DNA of 32,986 nt from an uncultured Bacteroidota bacterium. GTDB lineage: Bacteria > Bacteroidota > Bacteroidia > Flavobacteriales > Flavobacteriaceae. The position numbers were made by a program, and so were the translations under genes. The first letter of the stretch is position 1. Every line of letters begins with the position of its first letter. Of this stretch, positions 1 through 9,356 are shown one piece after another. The notes below the pieces were generated by a model. The model saw nothing but the letters and a program-made list of their open reading frames with translations. It searched no databases and was not told the origin of the DNA. The stretch is from contig CAIRNC010000133.1 in NCBI GenBank assembly GCA_903879875.1, forward strand, positions 1 to 32,986, in the 5' to 3' direction.

Positions 1-228
1 AGTACAACAAGGGTTTTAGGTGTCATTTTTGCTTTAGAAATCAAAAGAGAGTCACAAGAAGATTATTATGGTGATTTTCGTAATAAATTGTATGATTTCT
101 TTATAGAAAACGGCGTAATTTTGCGACCTGTTGGCAACATTGTATATATTTTGCCACCCTATATTATTTCCGACTTGCAACTCAAGAAAGTATATCAAGT
201 AGTGGAACATGCATTAGAAATAGTTTAA
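1..228 (+). CDS. bioA: Adenosylmethionine-8-amino-7-oxononanoate aminotransferase, C-terminal fragment (5' end outside window)
   Basis: Own translation of frame 1: STTRVLGVIFALEIK...FFIENGVILRPVGNIVYILPPYIISDLQLKKVYQVVEHALEIV*. LRPxGNxxYxLPPYII is typical of the BioA class-III aminotransferase C-terminus. Not in the ORF track. Confidence 0.85.
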   Translation, partial: STTRVLGVIFALEIKRESQEDYYGDFRNKLYDFFIENGVILRPVGNIVYILPPYIISDLQLKKVYQVVEHALEIV

Positions 229-243
229 AACGGAATACCAATT

Positions 244-1398
244 TTGCAGAAAACAATCTCCATAACCGCCATATCGTCCATTTCTCCATTGGGGAATGAT
301 TCCAAATCCGTTTGGGAAAATTATCTTACCAACGAACATTTTTTTGTAGAAAAATCATTTGATAATCAAAAAGCACTCGCTGCCGTTTTAGATTCGGATT
401 CAAATCAATTGATTTCTGAATTGAAAAACAAAGAAATCAAATACAAATCATTAGATAATTCAGTGCTTTTTGCTATTCAAGCTTCCCGAGAAGCCGCAAA
501 AAAAGCCGGTTGGCAAGCAGGAGATGCATTCGGAATTAATATCGGTTCGTCTCGTGGTGCAACCGCATTGTTCGAAAAGCATTTTCAAGAATATTTAGCC
601 ACTGGTAAAGCCCAAACATTGGCATCGCCTACGACTACTTTAGGAAATATTGCTTCTTGGGTAGCCCAAGATTTGCAAAACAATGGGCCAGAAATATCTC
701 ATTCCATTACATGTTCTACGGCTTTGCACGCGGTTTTAAATGGTGTAGCTTGGTTACAAGCCGGAATGATTGATAAATTTCTCGTTGGCGGAAGCGAAGC
801 ACCTCTAACTCCGTTTACGATTGCTCAAATGCAAGCCATGAAGATTTATGTCAAAGAAAATCAAGTGTTTCCTTGTAGAGCTTTTGATTTAAATAAAACT
901 CAAAACACAATGATTTTGGGCGAAGGTGCCGCAGTTTGCTGTTTGGAATTGGGTAAAAAAGAAAATGCACTTGCTTTTATTGAAGGAATTGGATATGCTA
1001 CTGAAGTTTTGGAACATAATATTTCTATTTCTGCTGAAGCAGATTGTTTTCAAAAATCAATGAAAATGGCACTTCAAAACACTTCTTTGTCAGATGTTGA
1101 TGTCATAGTGATGCACGCACCGGGCACTATTAAAGGTGATTTATCGGAATTCAAAGCCATTGAAAAAATATTTGGAAAAACATTGCCACTTTTGACCAAT
1201 AACAAATGGAAAATCGGTCATACTTTTGGTGCATCGGGTATGTTAAACATAGAAATGGCTATTCTGATGATGCAGCACAATCAATTTATCGGCGTCCCTT
1301 TTGTAACGTCGCAACAGCAAACAAAACCAATAAAAAAAGTTTTAATCAATGCCGTTGGATTTGGCGGGAATGCAGTGAGTATTTTATTGAGTATCTAA
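244..1398 (+). CDS. Beta-ketoacyl synthase (FabB/FabF-like, divergent)
   Basis: ITCSTA (active Cys), GGSEAP, LGEGAA, MHAPGT (His), KWKIGHTFGASG (Lys/His), C-terminal GFGGN; TTG start 15 nt after the bioA stop. Confidence 0.85.
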   Translation: MQKTISITAISSISPLGNDSKSVWENYLTNEHFFVEKSFDNQKALAAVLDSDSNQLISELKNKEIKYKSLDNSVLFAIQASREAAKKAGWQAGDAFGINIGSSRGATALFEKHFQEYLATGKAQTLASPTTTLGNIASWVAQDLQNNGPEISHSITCSTALHAVLNGVAWLQAGMIDKFLVGGSEAPLTPFTIAQMQAMKIYVKENQVFPCRAFDLNKTQNTMILGEGAAVCCLELGKKENALAFIEGIGYATEVLEHNISISAEADCFQKSMKMALQNTSLSDVDVIVMHAPGTIKGDLSEFKAIEKIFGKTLPLLTNNKWKIGHTFGASGMLNIEMAILMMQHNQFIGVPFVTSQQQTKPIKKVLINAVGFGGNAVSILLSI

Positions 1399-1875
1399 GT
1401 CGGAAGCTTTCTCCAACTCCTTTACTTTATCATAAATCAAATTGCTTTCAAAACCTTTTCGTAGTAAAAAATCACAAAACTTTTTACGCTTTTTCAATAA
1501 ATGGGTTTCTCTCATAGCTTGCCAATGGTTTTCGGCAAGGGTATTAAAAGTAATCAAATAGTCTTCGGGAGTGATTTCTTTTAGTCCTTTTTCAATATTG
1601 TATTTTGAGATATGACGCAGCTTTAATTCGTTTACAATTCTGATTTTACCCCATAACTTAATGCGGTGTTTCCCTCTTGCAAAACTACATGCAAAGCGCT
1701 CTTCGTTGAGAAAATTATGTTCAATTAAATGTACTATAATCAAATCAATGGCTTGCGGAATCATGTTCATGCTTTTCAATTTCTGAAAAACTTCTTCATG
1801 GCAACGCTCTTGATAGGCGCAATAAAATTCGAGTTTGAGTTGGGCTTCGGCAACTGTAAAACTTTTTTGTATCAT
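1384..1875 (-). CDS. recX: Regulatory protein RecX
   Basis: YCAYQERC, FLNEERFA, WGKIRIVNELK, FLLRKGFE motifs; 163 aa; overlaps the ketosynthase 3' end by 15 nt. Confidence 0.9.
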   Translation of the reverse strand: MIQKSFTVAEAQLKLEFYCAYQERCHEEVFQKLKSMNMIPQAIDLIIVHLIEHNFLNEERFACSFARGKHRIKLWGKIRIVNELKLRHISKYNIEKGLKEITPEDYLITFNTLAENHWQAMRETHLLKKRKKFCDFLLRKGFESNLIYDKVKELEKASDLDTQ

Positions 1876-1887
1876 GCCTTTGTAGGT

Positions 1888-2556
1888 TTACTTGGTGGAT
1901 TTTGTAACCAAAAAGTCTTTTAAATAATACGGTTCAAAATAAGCAACATCAACAAAATCCTTGTTTTTGAACTTTTCATAACTCAAACTACTCATTTCTT
2001 TTGCCGATGGAAAAACGACATGCGGTAAGAAAACGAAATGGTCTTTAGTTAAAACGGTTTTGATTTTTTCTTGACAATCACCAACCAAATAAAATGTTTC
2101 GTTGGTATTTGAAAAAGAATTTTCATCAATGATTTCAGCTTCTACTTTACGGATTTTTTCATGATTAGCGTTGAAAACGGCACTATAGACTTCCATTCTT
2201 CGAGCATCAATCATTGGAACAATAAGTCCATCACCAACCGATGCTTGCAAAGCCAAAACGGCTAAAGTATCTATCGCAAGCAGCGGAATGTCTAACGAAA
2301 AGCACAACCCTTTGGCTGCTGAAATGCCAATTCGCAAACCCGTATAAGAACCTGGGCCTTGACTAACGGCTACTGCTGCTAAATCTTTAAAGGTCAAACC
2401 CGCTTCTTGGAGCACAGCTTCAATATAAACGTGTAAATATTCTGCATGGGAATAGCCTTGCTCCGCCATTTCTTTGACGGCAATAGTAACACCATCTTTT
2501 GCAAGTGCAACCGAGCAGTTTTTAGTTGCTGTTTCTATGTTGAGAATATAGGTCAA
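1888..2556 (-). CDS. tsaB: tRNA threonylcarbamoyladenosine biosynthesis protein TsaB
   Basis: ILNIETAT, AVSQGPGSYTGLRIG, PMIDARRMEVY, FEPYYLK. Start moved to TTG at 2556 because homology begins there and a -7 promoter box lies at 2579-2586. Confidence 0.92.
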   Translation of the reverse strand: MTYILNIETATKNCSVALAKDGVTIAVKEMAEQGYSHAEYLHVYIEAVLQEAGLTFKDLAAVAVSQGPGSYTGLRIGISAAKGLCFSLDIPLLAIDTLAVLALQASVGDGLIVPMIDARRMEVYSAVFNANHEKIRKVEAEIIDENSFSNTNETFYLVGDCQEKIKTVLTKDHFVFLPHVVFPSAKEMSSLSYEKFKNKDFVDVAYFEPYYLKDFLVTKSTK

Positions 2557-2578
2557 TTGATTTTTTTTAGAATGGATA

Positions 2579-2586
2579 CAAAAGTA
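2579..2586 (-). promoter_or_regulatory. Bacteroidota housekeeping -7 promoter element for tsaB-recX
   Basis: TACTTTTG on the minus strand matches TAnnTTTG, 22 nt upstream of the TTG start. Confidence 0.6.
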
Positions 2587-2970
2587 TAATAAAATGCTTT
2601 TAATATTTAAAAAACCTTTCAAGAAACAGCCTAAGTCATATTGTAAAATGAATGATATGGAAATGATTCCTGCTATTTTATAAAAAAAACCTACCAAGAA
2701 GAATGATATTTCGATTTTTAACGAACTCCTTTAATTGTTTTCAGTGTCTAAAAATAGGATTAATTTAATATTTGAAAACAGTTATTTTAATTTTTACAAA
2801 TTACATTTTAAAATCAAAGCGTGATTTGAAATTTTTTCTGGTTTGAATTTCAGGATAATCTTTAGTGTATACAACTGTTAATGCTATACCCATAGATAAA
2901 AAAAACCTAACAATTTTCTTTTTTAATATTCTGTCGTATAAAAAAATTTAAACTAATTCTTTTAATAAAA

Positions 2971-5487
2971 TCAATACAAAATCGTTTTTAAAATAACTAA
3001 CTCGCCTTCGATGGTAGTAATTTTTAATAATACAACCTCTTTAGCATTACTTTTGGGTAATCTTATTTCAGAAGCATTTATAGCGTCTTTAAAATCAATT
3101 AAAGCACCTCTAATATCATATGTTTTTAGATTATCCATCAACACTAAGCCACTGTTGATTATTATTTCTCCATTGTTTGAATAGACTTGAACATTGTTTT
3201 TTGAAAAAGTAGTATTTTCTAATAAATTGGTGAAAACAATTTCAAATCTATTGTTGAAAGTACCTGTCGTTGTAGTGAACGAGTATGCACTTTGTTTCAA
3301 ATTATGTACAATTCCAGTAAAAATATCACGAATAAAAATGTTTTGATTTCCCAAAAATAATCCGTCTAAGTGGTCAATAGCAATAGTGTAATTGGCAGTA
3401 ATAGTTGTTTTAAAAGTCAGCGGTATAACATCGGCATCAGTAAAAGGCAATGCTCTACCCTGAATAATGTATTCCCCATTATTCAAATATGAATTCAATG
3501 CAATTGGACTATCGTTAATATAACTTCCGTCTATACCTGGGTCAATTCCATTAGTAGCGCCTGTCATGTAGCTTATCAAAAGTTGATTGGCAGCAAAATT
3601 TTCTCCTGATAGATTCAACCATATACGGTGCTTTTCAAAAGTAATATTTCTAAAAAATTGGTTGTTGTTGTTAGCTATACGCATAGCATTTGTAAAATAA
3701 ATGTGATTAGATGATGTTTTTGTAATAAACCCTTGGCCTATTTGGATTACCCCATTTGGTTCAATAGCACTTAGTCCTCCTTGATTGGCAGTTCCACCTG
3801 CGAGAGTATAAGTAGCATAAGAGGAGTTGTCTGTGTTGTTAGTTTTTCTCCAAAAATAAAGACCTTCAACAAGATTATTATTTAAAATAAATGTATCGGC
3901 ATCTAAAGTAGAAGGGTAGGGATTTCCGAAGGCATTATAGGTGTTATTTATTACATCGATGGTATAACTTCCATTATTAGGAATGCCTAGGAATTGACTT
4001 GACCAAATGGTTGGAGATGTAGAATGATTGTTAGGCATCCGTATTAAATATCCTTTTGCTGTTTCAAAAGTCGAAGTTGTTGGCGCAATACTTTCAAAAA
4101 TATTCGCAGAAGAACTATATTTATAAAACCGTGTTAGCAAAGTTAATGGAGAAAAGGACAATAGGTTTTGAACAGCAACAGGCGAAGACCAAAAGGTGTA
4201 ATCCAATCGCATTAAAGAAGAACTATTTCTAGAAACACTAATACTACCACTATTGTTGTTTGACAGCCCTCCTTGAATTAAATTTGCATTATTAGAAAGT
4301 GTAAAACTACTGCCATTATCTACAATCAAAGCATCATTGATTGTTATTGTTGTTCCAGAAGGTATTAGTACAACTGCATTATTAGTTACTCTTAAATTAC
4401 AAGCAACAAGGTTTTCTGTAGAATTATAATTACCTGAAATAATCGCTGTTGAATTAGTAGTTGGATTACCGTTACTCCAAGAAGTTCCGTTCCAAATTGT
4501 TGTGGCACCAATAGTAACGGTAACAAAAGAAGAATAGGCAATTGTACAATTTGTATTCTGTACTTTTGCTCTAAAATAAGTGGTGCTTGTTAAATTTCCG
4601 ATAGTTGATCCCGCTAAAATAGAAGTCATTGAAAAAATGGCTACAGGTGATGTAAATGTAGTATCTGTTGATTTTTCCCATTGTGTTACACTTCCTAAAA
4701 AACCAGATAAAGTCAAATCAGATGGGAAATATCCAGAACAAAGGGTTTGATTAGTTGAAACAGTACCTCCAACAGCATCTGCAATTTCAATTCCTTGAAC
4801 ATCAGAAACCACATTATAAACAGCAATTGCTCCAGTTGTAGATAATAATCGTCCTTTTAAAATACCACCGTCTCCCATAGAGATTGCGCCATTCGCAATT
4901 AAAGTTCCGCTCATTGTAGTGCCTGCTCCCATAGAAATAGCTCCATCAACCATCCAAAATACATTACTGGCTTTTGTGCCATTCACTAAAGAGATGATGC
5001 TTGCTGCTCCAACAGTCATTGCGCCTCCAATTTTAAAAACAAAAACTGCATTCGAATTACCAAGACCATCTAAAACAAGGATTCCACCAACAGACCCAGC
5101 ACCTCCAACACCATATATACCAGGAGTTAGTGTTTCTGTCCCAAAAGCTGGCGGGTGACTTAAGGTGGTAGGAGTTAATGCATACAATTGGTTATAAGCG
5201 GCTATTAAATCTGATGACGCTTGAGAAGTAGCTCCATTTGCAATAGCAATAAAACCATTCACAACAGAAGGAGCGTTAAAACCTGTGACAGCACCTGCAT
5301 TGGTGCCAATATCACCAGTTATTTTTGAAGTTCCAGTATTTCCTATTGCTCCTGTTGTGGTAAAAAGCACAAAATTGGACGAAGTGCCAAGATTAGGTAA
5401 ACATTGTCCAAATGAACTGGAATAAAAGCCTAAAAAAATTATCAGCACATACAATGTCTGATAAGAACTAGTTATAATTCTTTTCAT
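2971..5487 (-). CDS. Secreted ice-binding family protein (DUF3494) with Ig-like linker and probable T9SS type A C-terminal sorting domain
   Basis: Signal peptide; LGTSSNFVLFTTTGAIGNTGTSKITGDIG, TLTPGIY, LDGLGNSNAVFVFKIGG, ASNVFWMV, GRLLSTTGAI are DUF3494-like; the C-terminal half (LDYTFWSSPV, GNPYPS, RFEIVF, YDIRGALI) resembles Flavobacterium T9SS cargo. Confidence 0.8.
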   Translation of the reverse strand: MKRIITSSYQTLYVLIIFLGFYSSSFGQCLPNLGTSSNFVLFTTTGAIGNTGTSKITGDIGTNAGAVTGFNAPSVVNGFIAIANGATSQASSDLIAAYNQLYALTPTTLSHPPAFGTETLTPGIYGVGGAGSVGGILVLDGLGNSNAVFVFKIGGAMTVGAASIISLVNGTKASNVFWMVDGAISMGAGTTMSGTLIANGAISMGDGGILKGRLLSTTGAIAVYNVVSDVQGIEIADAVGGTVSTNQTLCSGYFPSDLTLSGFLGSVTQWEKSTDTTFTSPVAIFSMTSILAGSTIGNLTSTTYFRAKVQNTNCTIAYSSFVTVTIGATTIWNGTSWSNGNPTTNSTAIISGNYNSTENLVACNLRVTNNAVVLIPSGTTITINDALIVDNGSSFTLSNNANLIQGGLSNNNSGSISVSRNSSSLMRLDYTFWSSPVAVQNLLSFSPLTLLTRFYKYSSSANIFESIAPTTSTFETAKGYLIRMPNNHSTSPTIWSSQFLGIPNNGSYTIDVINNTYNAFGNPYPSTLDADTFILNNNLVEGLYFWRKTNNTDNSSYATYTLAGGTANQGGLSAIEPNGVIQIGQGFITKTSSNHIYFTNAMRIANNNNQFFRNITFEKHRIWLNLSGENFAANQLLISYMTGATNGIDPGIDGSYINDSPIALNSYLNNGEYIIQGRALPFTDADVIPLTFKTTITANYTIAIDHLDGLFLGNQNIFIRDIFTGIVHNLKQSAYSFTTTTGTFNNRFEIVFTNLLENTTFSKNNVQVYSNNGEIIINSGLVLMDNLKTYDIRGALIDFKDAINASEIRLPKSNAKEVVLLKITTIEGELVILKTILY

Positions 5488-5574
5488 GGGATATAAATTT
5501 TTTGAAGGGACAGATTACTTTGAAAAAAATAATCCTTTAGGAAAGTTGGAATAGATAAAATTAGCTATCGGCTT

Positions 5575-5582
5575 CAAATGTA
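5575..5582 (-). promoter_or_regulatory. -7 promoter element for the ice-binding protein gene
   Basis: TACATTTG on the minus strand, about 90 nt upstream of the ATG. Confidence 0.5.
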
Positions 5583-5765
5583 GTGTATTATATATCGTTT
5601 AAAATTTATAAATCGACATTACTTTTAAAAGAAAAGTATAATAAGGGCTGAGCCCCTTTACATGTTGAATAAAAAAATTAAGATTTGATTTTGCTTCAAG
5701 GACATTTTTTACAAATCGAAGAGAAATAACGGACTTGAGCACGCAGGATAGGATTGTGTCAAACC

Positions 5766-5806
5766 AAAAGAGGCTTAAAAAACAGTGTTTTTTTAAGCCT
5801 CTTTTT
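5766..5806 (-). terminator. Intrinsic terminator downstream of prc
   Basis: AAAAGAGGCTTAAAAAAC-AGT-GTTTTTTTAAGCCTCTTTT near-perfect hairpin about 20 nt past the prc stop. Confidence 0.75.
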
Positions 5807-5827
5807 ATTGAAAATACGTTCTATTAA

Positions 5828-8080
5828 TTACAACGAACCTACTAATTTTCCTTTTTTGTTTTTAGCATCTATGGGTGTTTTATTTCCTTTTTTAGCTTGC
5901 AAATCGCCAAGGACATTAAGCGCTTCTTCTACATAAGCATCATTTGAAAGGCTTTCGTGCCAACGCACTCTTTTTTCTTTAAGCACAGAATCTTTTTCCA
6001 TTAATGCAACTTCGTTTGGCAAAGAATTAAAAACCAATTTGTTTTTATAATCCGAAATGGCTTTGAATTTTTTGGCTTGCAATTCCATACTTTCTTGTTC
6101 TTTTTTGAACTTGTTGAGATTCAAACTATACACATTTTCATCTTTTCTTTTGCTCAACCATTTGGCATTTTCATCAATCAACTTAAATTGTGGATTGTCT
6201 GCAAGTCTTTTTTTGCTATTAGCAACAGCAACATCAAAATTGGCTTGCTTGTTCCAAACATTGTATTGCGCTGGGTCAATTTTGTCCCACGGCATCGCAC
6301 TTTTACTATCCCGTTCTCCGATTTCGATATACGAGTAACGGTCTGGCATTTCAACATCGCTACTCACACCTTTAAGCTGAGTCGAGCCACCATCAATTCT
6401 ATAAAATTTCTGTGTGGTTGTTTTTAACGCACCCATATCGCCAACCGAACTGTTGCGTACAAATTGGTTCAAATCAATCACGTTCTGAACCGTTCCTTTG
6501 CCATACGATTGTTTGCTTCCAATAATCACACCCCTTTTATAATCTTGAATAGCTGCCGCCAATATTTCTGAAGCCGAAGCCGAAAAATTATTGATCATGA
6601 TTACTAATGGGCCATCCCACTGAATTCTACTATCAGTATCCGACAACACTTCTTTCTTTTTACCTGCCGATTTTACCTGAACTACAGGGCCTTGTTCTAT
6701 AAACAATCCAGCTATATCCACTACTGTTCGCAAAGAACCACCACCATTATCTCGCAAATCCAAAGCAATTCCTTCAACACCTTGACTTTTTAAACGGTCT
6801 ATTTCAATAGTGATGTCTTTTGCAGCGTCTCGTTTGTCTTTATTTTCAAAATCAATATAGAATTTTGGCAAATAGATAACGCCATACAATTTACCATCTT
6901 TTGTAACAACACTCGATTTCGCATACGTTTCTTCAATTTCTACCTCATCACGAATGATTTTAATCACTTTTATAGAACCGTCAGTAGCTTTTTTAACTGT
7001 TAATCGCACTTCGGTATCTTTAGGGCCTTTGATTTTTTTAACCACATCGTCAAGTTTCATCCCAACAATATCAACAGGCTCGTTATTTCCTTGTGCTACT
7101 TTTAAAACAAGATCGCCAGGTTCTAATTCTCTATTTCTCCATGCTGGACCTCCTGAAATCAATTCAGTAATTTCGGTATAATCGTTTTTCTTTTGCAAAC
7201 GCGCACCGATTCCGAAAAAGGTGCCACTCATGCTGGCATCAAACTTTTCTTTGGCTTCTGGAGCAAAATAAGAAGTGTGTGGGTCAAAACTTTCGGCAAT
7301 AGTGTTAGCATATACAGAAAACCAATTTTCTCTATCAAAATCTTTCACAAAACTGAAATAATCGTCTAATGATTTTAATGTACTTTCTCTAGTAATCACT
7401 TCGAGTTCTTCCATCGTTTTTGGTTTGCCATCATCTGCTTTTTTAGCTATTTTTTCATCAAATGAGATAACCTCTTTTTTAGGTTTTTTGTCGTTTTCAT
7501 CAACTACGCCGTTTTTCTTATCCTCTTGAATTTTTAACCGCTCGGTTAAAGACGATAAGGTAGACAATTTAAGTTGTTTGCGCCATCTGTCTTTGAGTTC
7601 ATCAGTATCTCTAGCAAACGGTAATTTTTCAGGATCAGCGTTAAAATCCTCATTTACACTATAATCAAATGGAGTGGAAAGAATTTCTTTGTAATATTTT
7701 TTACTTTCTTCCATGCGTTGCATCAACCGATTGTAACTCAAATCAAAAAACGTAAGGTCTCTGTCTCTGATTTCATCATCAATCAACGTTTCGTATTTTG
7801 CAAATTCATCAATATCCGATTGCAACAAAAAGCGTTTAGAGGGATCTAAAGCTTCAATATATTCTTTGTAAACCGCTTTAGAAAAACTATCATCAATGGC
7901 TTTCGGGTCAAAATGACCTTTATCAATAACAAAAGTTAAGAGTTCCAAAAGAAGCTTGTCTTTTTCAGGATCACCCGATTTTTCGGTATTTATTTTGAAC
8001 GCAAATAGCGATAGCGAAAGCGCTAAAACAACGAGTATTATTTTATAATTTCTTTTCATAAATAGGAATATGGAATTCAT
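5828..8080 (-). CDS. prc: Carboxy-terminal processing (tail-specific) protease, S41A family
   Basis: DPHTSYF, GIGARL and PDZ region, DLRDNGGGSL, SASASEI (catalytic Ser), GKGTVQ, KFYRIDGGSTQ. Alternative start at 8059. Confidence 0.92.
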   Translation of the reverse strand: MNSIFLFMKRNYKIILVVLALSLSLFAFKINTEKSGDPEKDKLLLELLTFVIDKGHFDPKAIDDSFSKAVYKEYIEALDPSKRFLLQSDIDEFAKYETLIDDEIRDRDLTFFDLSYNRLMQRMEESKKYYKEILSTPFDYSVNEDFNADPEKLPFARDTDELKDRWRKQLKLSTLSSLTERLKIQEDKKNGVVDENDKKPKKEVISFDEKIAKKADDGKPKTMEELEVITRESTLKSLDDYFSFVKDFDRENWFSVYANTIAESFDPHTSYFAPEAKEKFDASMSGTFFGIGARLQKKNDYTEITELISGGPAWRNRELEPGDLVLKVAQGNNEPVDIVGMKLDDVVKKIKGPKDTEVRLTVKKATDGSIKVIKIIRDEVEIEETYAKSSVVTKDGKLYGVIYLPKFYIDFENKDKRDAAKDITIEIDRLKSQGVEGIALDLRDNGGGSLRTVVDIAGLFIEQGPVVQVKSAGKKKEVLSDTDSRIQWDGPLVIMINNFSASASEILAAAIQDYKRGVIIGSKQSYGKGTVQNVIDLNQFVRNSSVGDMGALKTTTQKFYRIDGGSTQLKGVSSDVEMPDRYSYIEIGERDSKSAMPWDKIDPAQYNVWNKQANFDVAVANSKKRLADNPQFKLIDENAKWLSKRKDENVYSLNLNKFKKEQESMELQAKKFKAISDYKNKLVFNSLPNEVALMEKDSVLKEKRVRWHESLSNDAYVEEALNVLGDLQAKKGNKTPIDAKNKKGKLVGSL

Positions 8081-8183
8081 CTAATTTTTAATCTAAATTA
8101 CATAAAAACTGTGCCAGTAAGCAGAACCGTCACATAATTTTTTGTTAAAGGTGCTAAAATAGTAACTTCCTTCTAAAATTGAT

Positions 8184-8191
8184 TATTTTTG
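8184..8191 (+). promoter_or_regulatory. -7 promoter element for surE
   Basis: TATTTTTG 32 nt upstream of the ATG. Confidence 0.5.
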
Positions 8192-8223
8192 TGATTTAAT
8201 TTAACAAATTATCCCAATTTCAA

Positions 8224-9003
8224 ATGAAAAAGAGGCCGTTAATTTTAGTTACAAATGACGATGGAATTGCAGCTCCAGGCATTCGAGCCTTAGTTGCTGT
8301 GATGCAAGAAATTGGCGAAGTTGTAGTAGTAGCACCCGACAAGCCACAAAGCGCAATGGGGCACGCCATTACGATAAACAACATTATGTATTTGAATAAA
8401 ATTAGTGCCGAAAACGCAACAATTTTAGAGTACAGTTGTTCGGGAACACCAGTAGATTGTGTAAAATTAGCCGTAAACGAAATCTTGCACCGAAAACCCG
8501 ATTTGTGTGTCTCGGGTATCAATCACGGGTCGAATTCTTCTATAAATGTGATTTATTCCGGTACCATGAGTGCAGCGGTCGAAGCAGGTATTGAAGGCAT
8601 TCCTGCCATTGGTTTTTCGTTATTGGATTACGATTGGAATGCCGATTTTGATGCAGGCAAAAATTATATCAAGCAAATTGCGTTGCAAGTTTTAGAAAAC
8701 GGATTGCCAAAAGGCGTAATTCTGAATGTCAATTTCCCAAAACTAAAAGAAAACGAAATCAAGGGCGTGAAAATTTGTAGGCAAGCCAATGCCATTTGGA
8801 TGGAAAAATTTGACAAACGAAAAACCCCTCAAGGCAAAGATTATTATTGGCTAACAGGCGAATTTGTCAACAACGACAAAGGCGAAGACACCGACGAATG
8901 GGCTTTGGCACACGGCTATGTTTCTTTGGTGCCAGTACAGTTCGATTTGACCGCACACCACGCCATTCAGCAATTGAACACTTGGAACTTTGAAAACAAA
9001 TAG
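8224..9003 (+). CDS. surE: 5'/3'-nucleotidase SurE
   Basis: ILVTNDDG, GTPVDCV, SGINHGSN, YSGTMSAAVE. Confidence 0.96.
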   Translation: MKKRPLILVTNDDGIAAPGIRALVAVMQEIGEVVVVAPDKPQSAMGHAITINNIMYLNKISAENATILEYSCSGTPVDCVKLAVNEILHRKPDLCVSGINHGSNSSINVIYSGTMSAAVEAGIEGIPAIGFSLLDYDWNADFDAGKNYIKQIALQVLENGLPKGVILNVNFPKLKENEIKGVKICRQANAIWMEKFDKRKTPQGKDYYWLTGEFVNNDKGEDTDEWALAHGYVSLVPVQFDLTAHHAIQQLNTWNFENK

Positions 9004-9018
9004 ATTAAAACCTTTTAT

Positions 9019-9291
9019 ATGAACAAAATAGAAATAGTTTACGGATTAATCATTGGCATTCTAGCCTCGCTTTTAGGATGTGCGCTTTTTATAGCCCTTT
9101 TTACACCTTACTCTTTTATAAACGGCATAGCACTCGTAAAAGCAGGAGGTAATTTAGGAAAACTAATCACGCTCGGCACGATTTTAAACATCATCATTTT
9201 CTTTTTATTGCTGTATTTCAAAAAAGAACTAATGGCGCGTGGCGTAGTTTTAGCCACGCTAATTTTGGCGGTTTATACGCTATTTGTGTAA
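9019..9291 (+). CDS. Small hypothetical membrane protein (3 predicted TM helices)
   Basis: 90 aa with three hydrophobic segments; operon-like spacing after surE. Confidence 0.75.
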   Translation: MNKIEIVYGLIIGILASLLGCALFIALFTPYSFINGIALVKAGGNLGKLITLGTILNIIIFFLLLYFKKELMARGVVLATLILAVYTLFV

Positions 9292-9330
9292 ATTCAAATT
9301 TTTGTGGTTTTGTTCCATAAATTTACTTCT

Positions 9331-9338
9331 TATCTTTG
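9331..9338 (+). promoter_or_regulatory. -7 promoter element for metB
   Basis: TATCTTTG with TTTG about 20 nt upstream; supports ATG 9357 rather than TTG 9336. Confidence 0.65.
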
Positions 9339-9356
9339 CCAAAAAAACACAGACAA

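Noticed and set aside
1384-1398. Convergent overlap of the ketosynthase and recX
   Set aside because: Short 3' overlaps are common; no evidence of a regulatory role.
2557-2697. 47-aa N-terminal extension of TsaB in the ORF track
   Set aside because: TsaB homology starts at LTYILNIET and a promoter box lies inside the extension.
5643-5658. GGGCTGAGCCC palindrome upstream of the ice-binding gene
   Set aside because: Single short palindrome with a 1-nt centre and no second copy; compatible with chance.
9292-9356. Possible SAM riboswitch before metB
   Set aside because: The promoter box is only 18 nt from the ATG, leaving no room, and no riboswitch motifs are visible.
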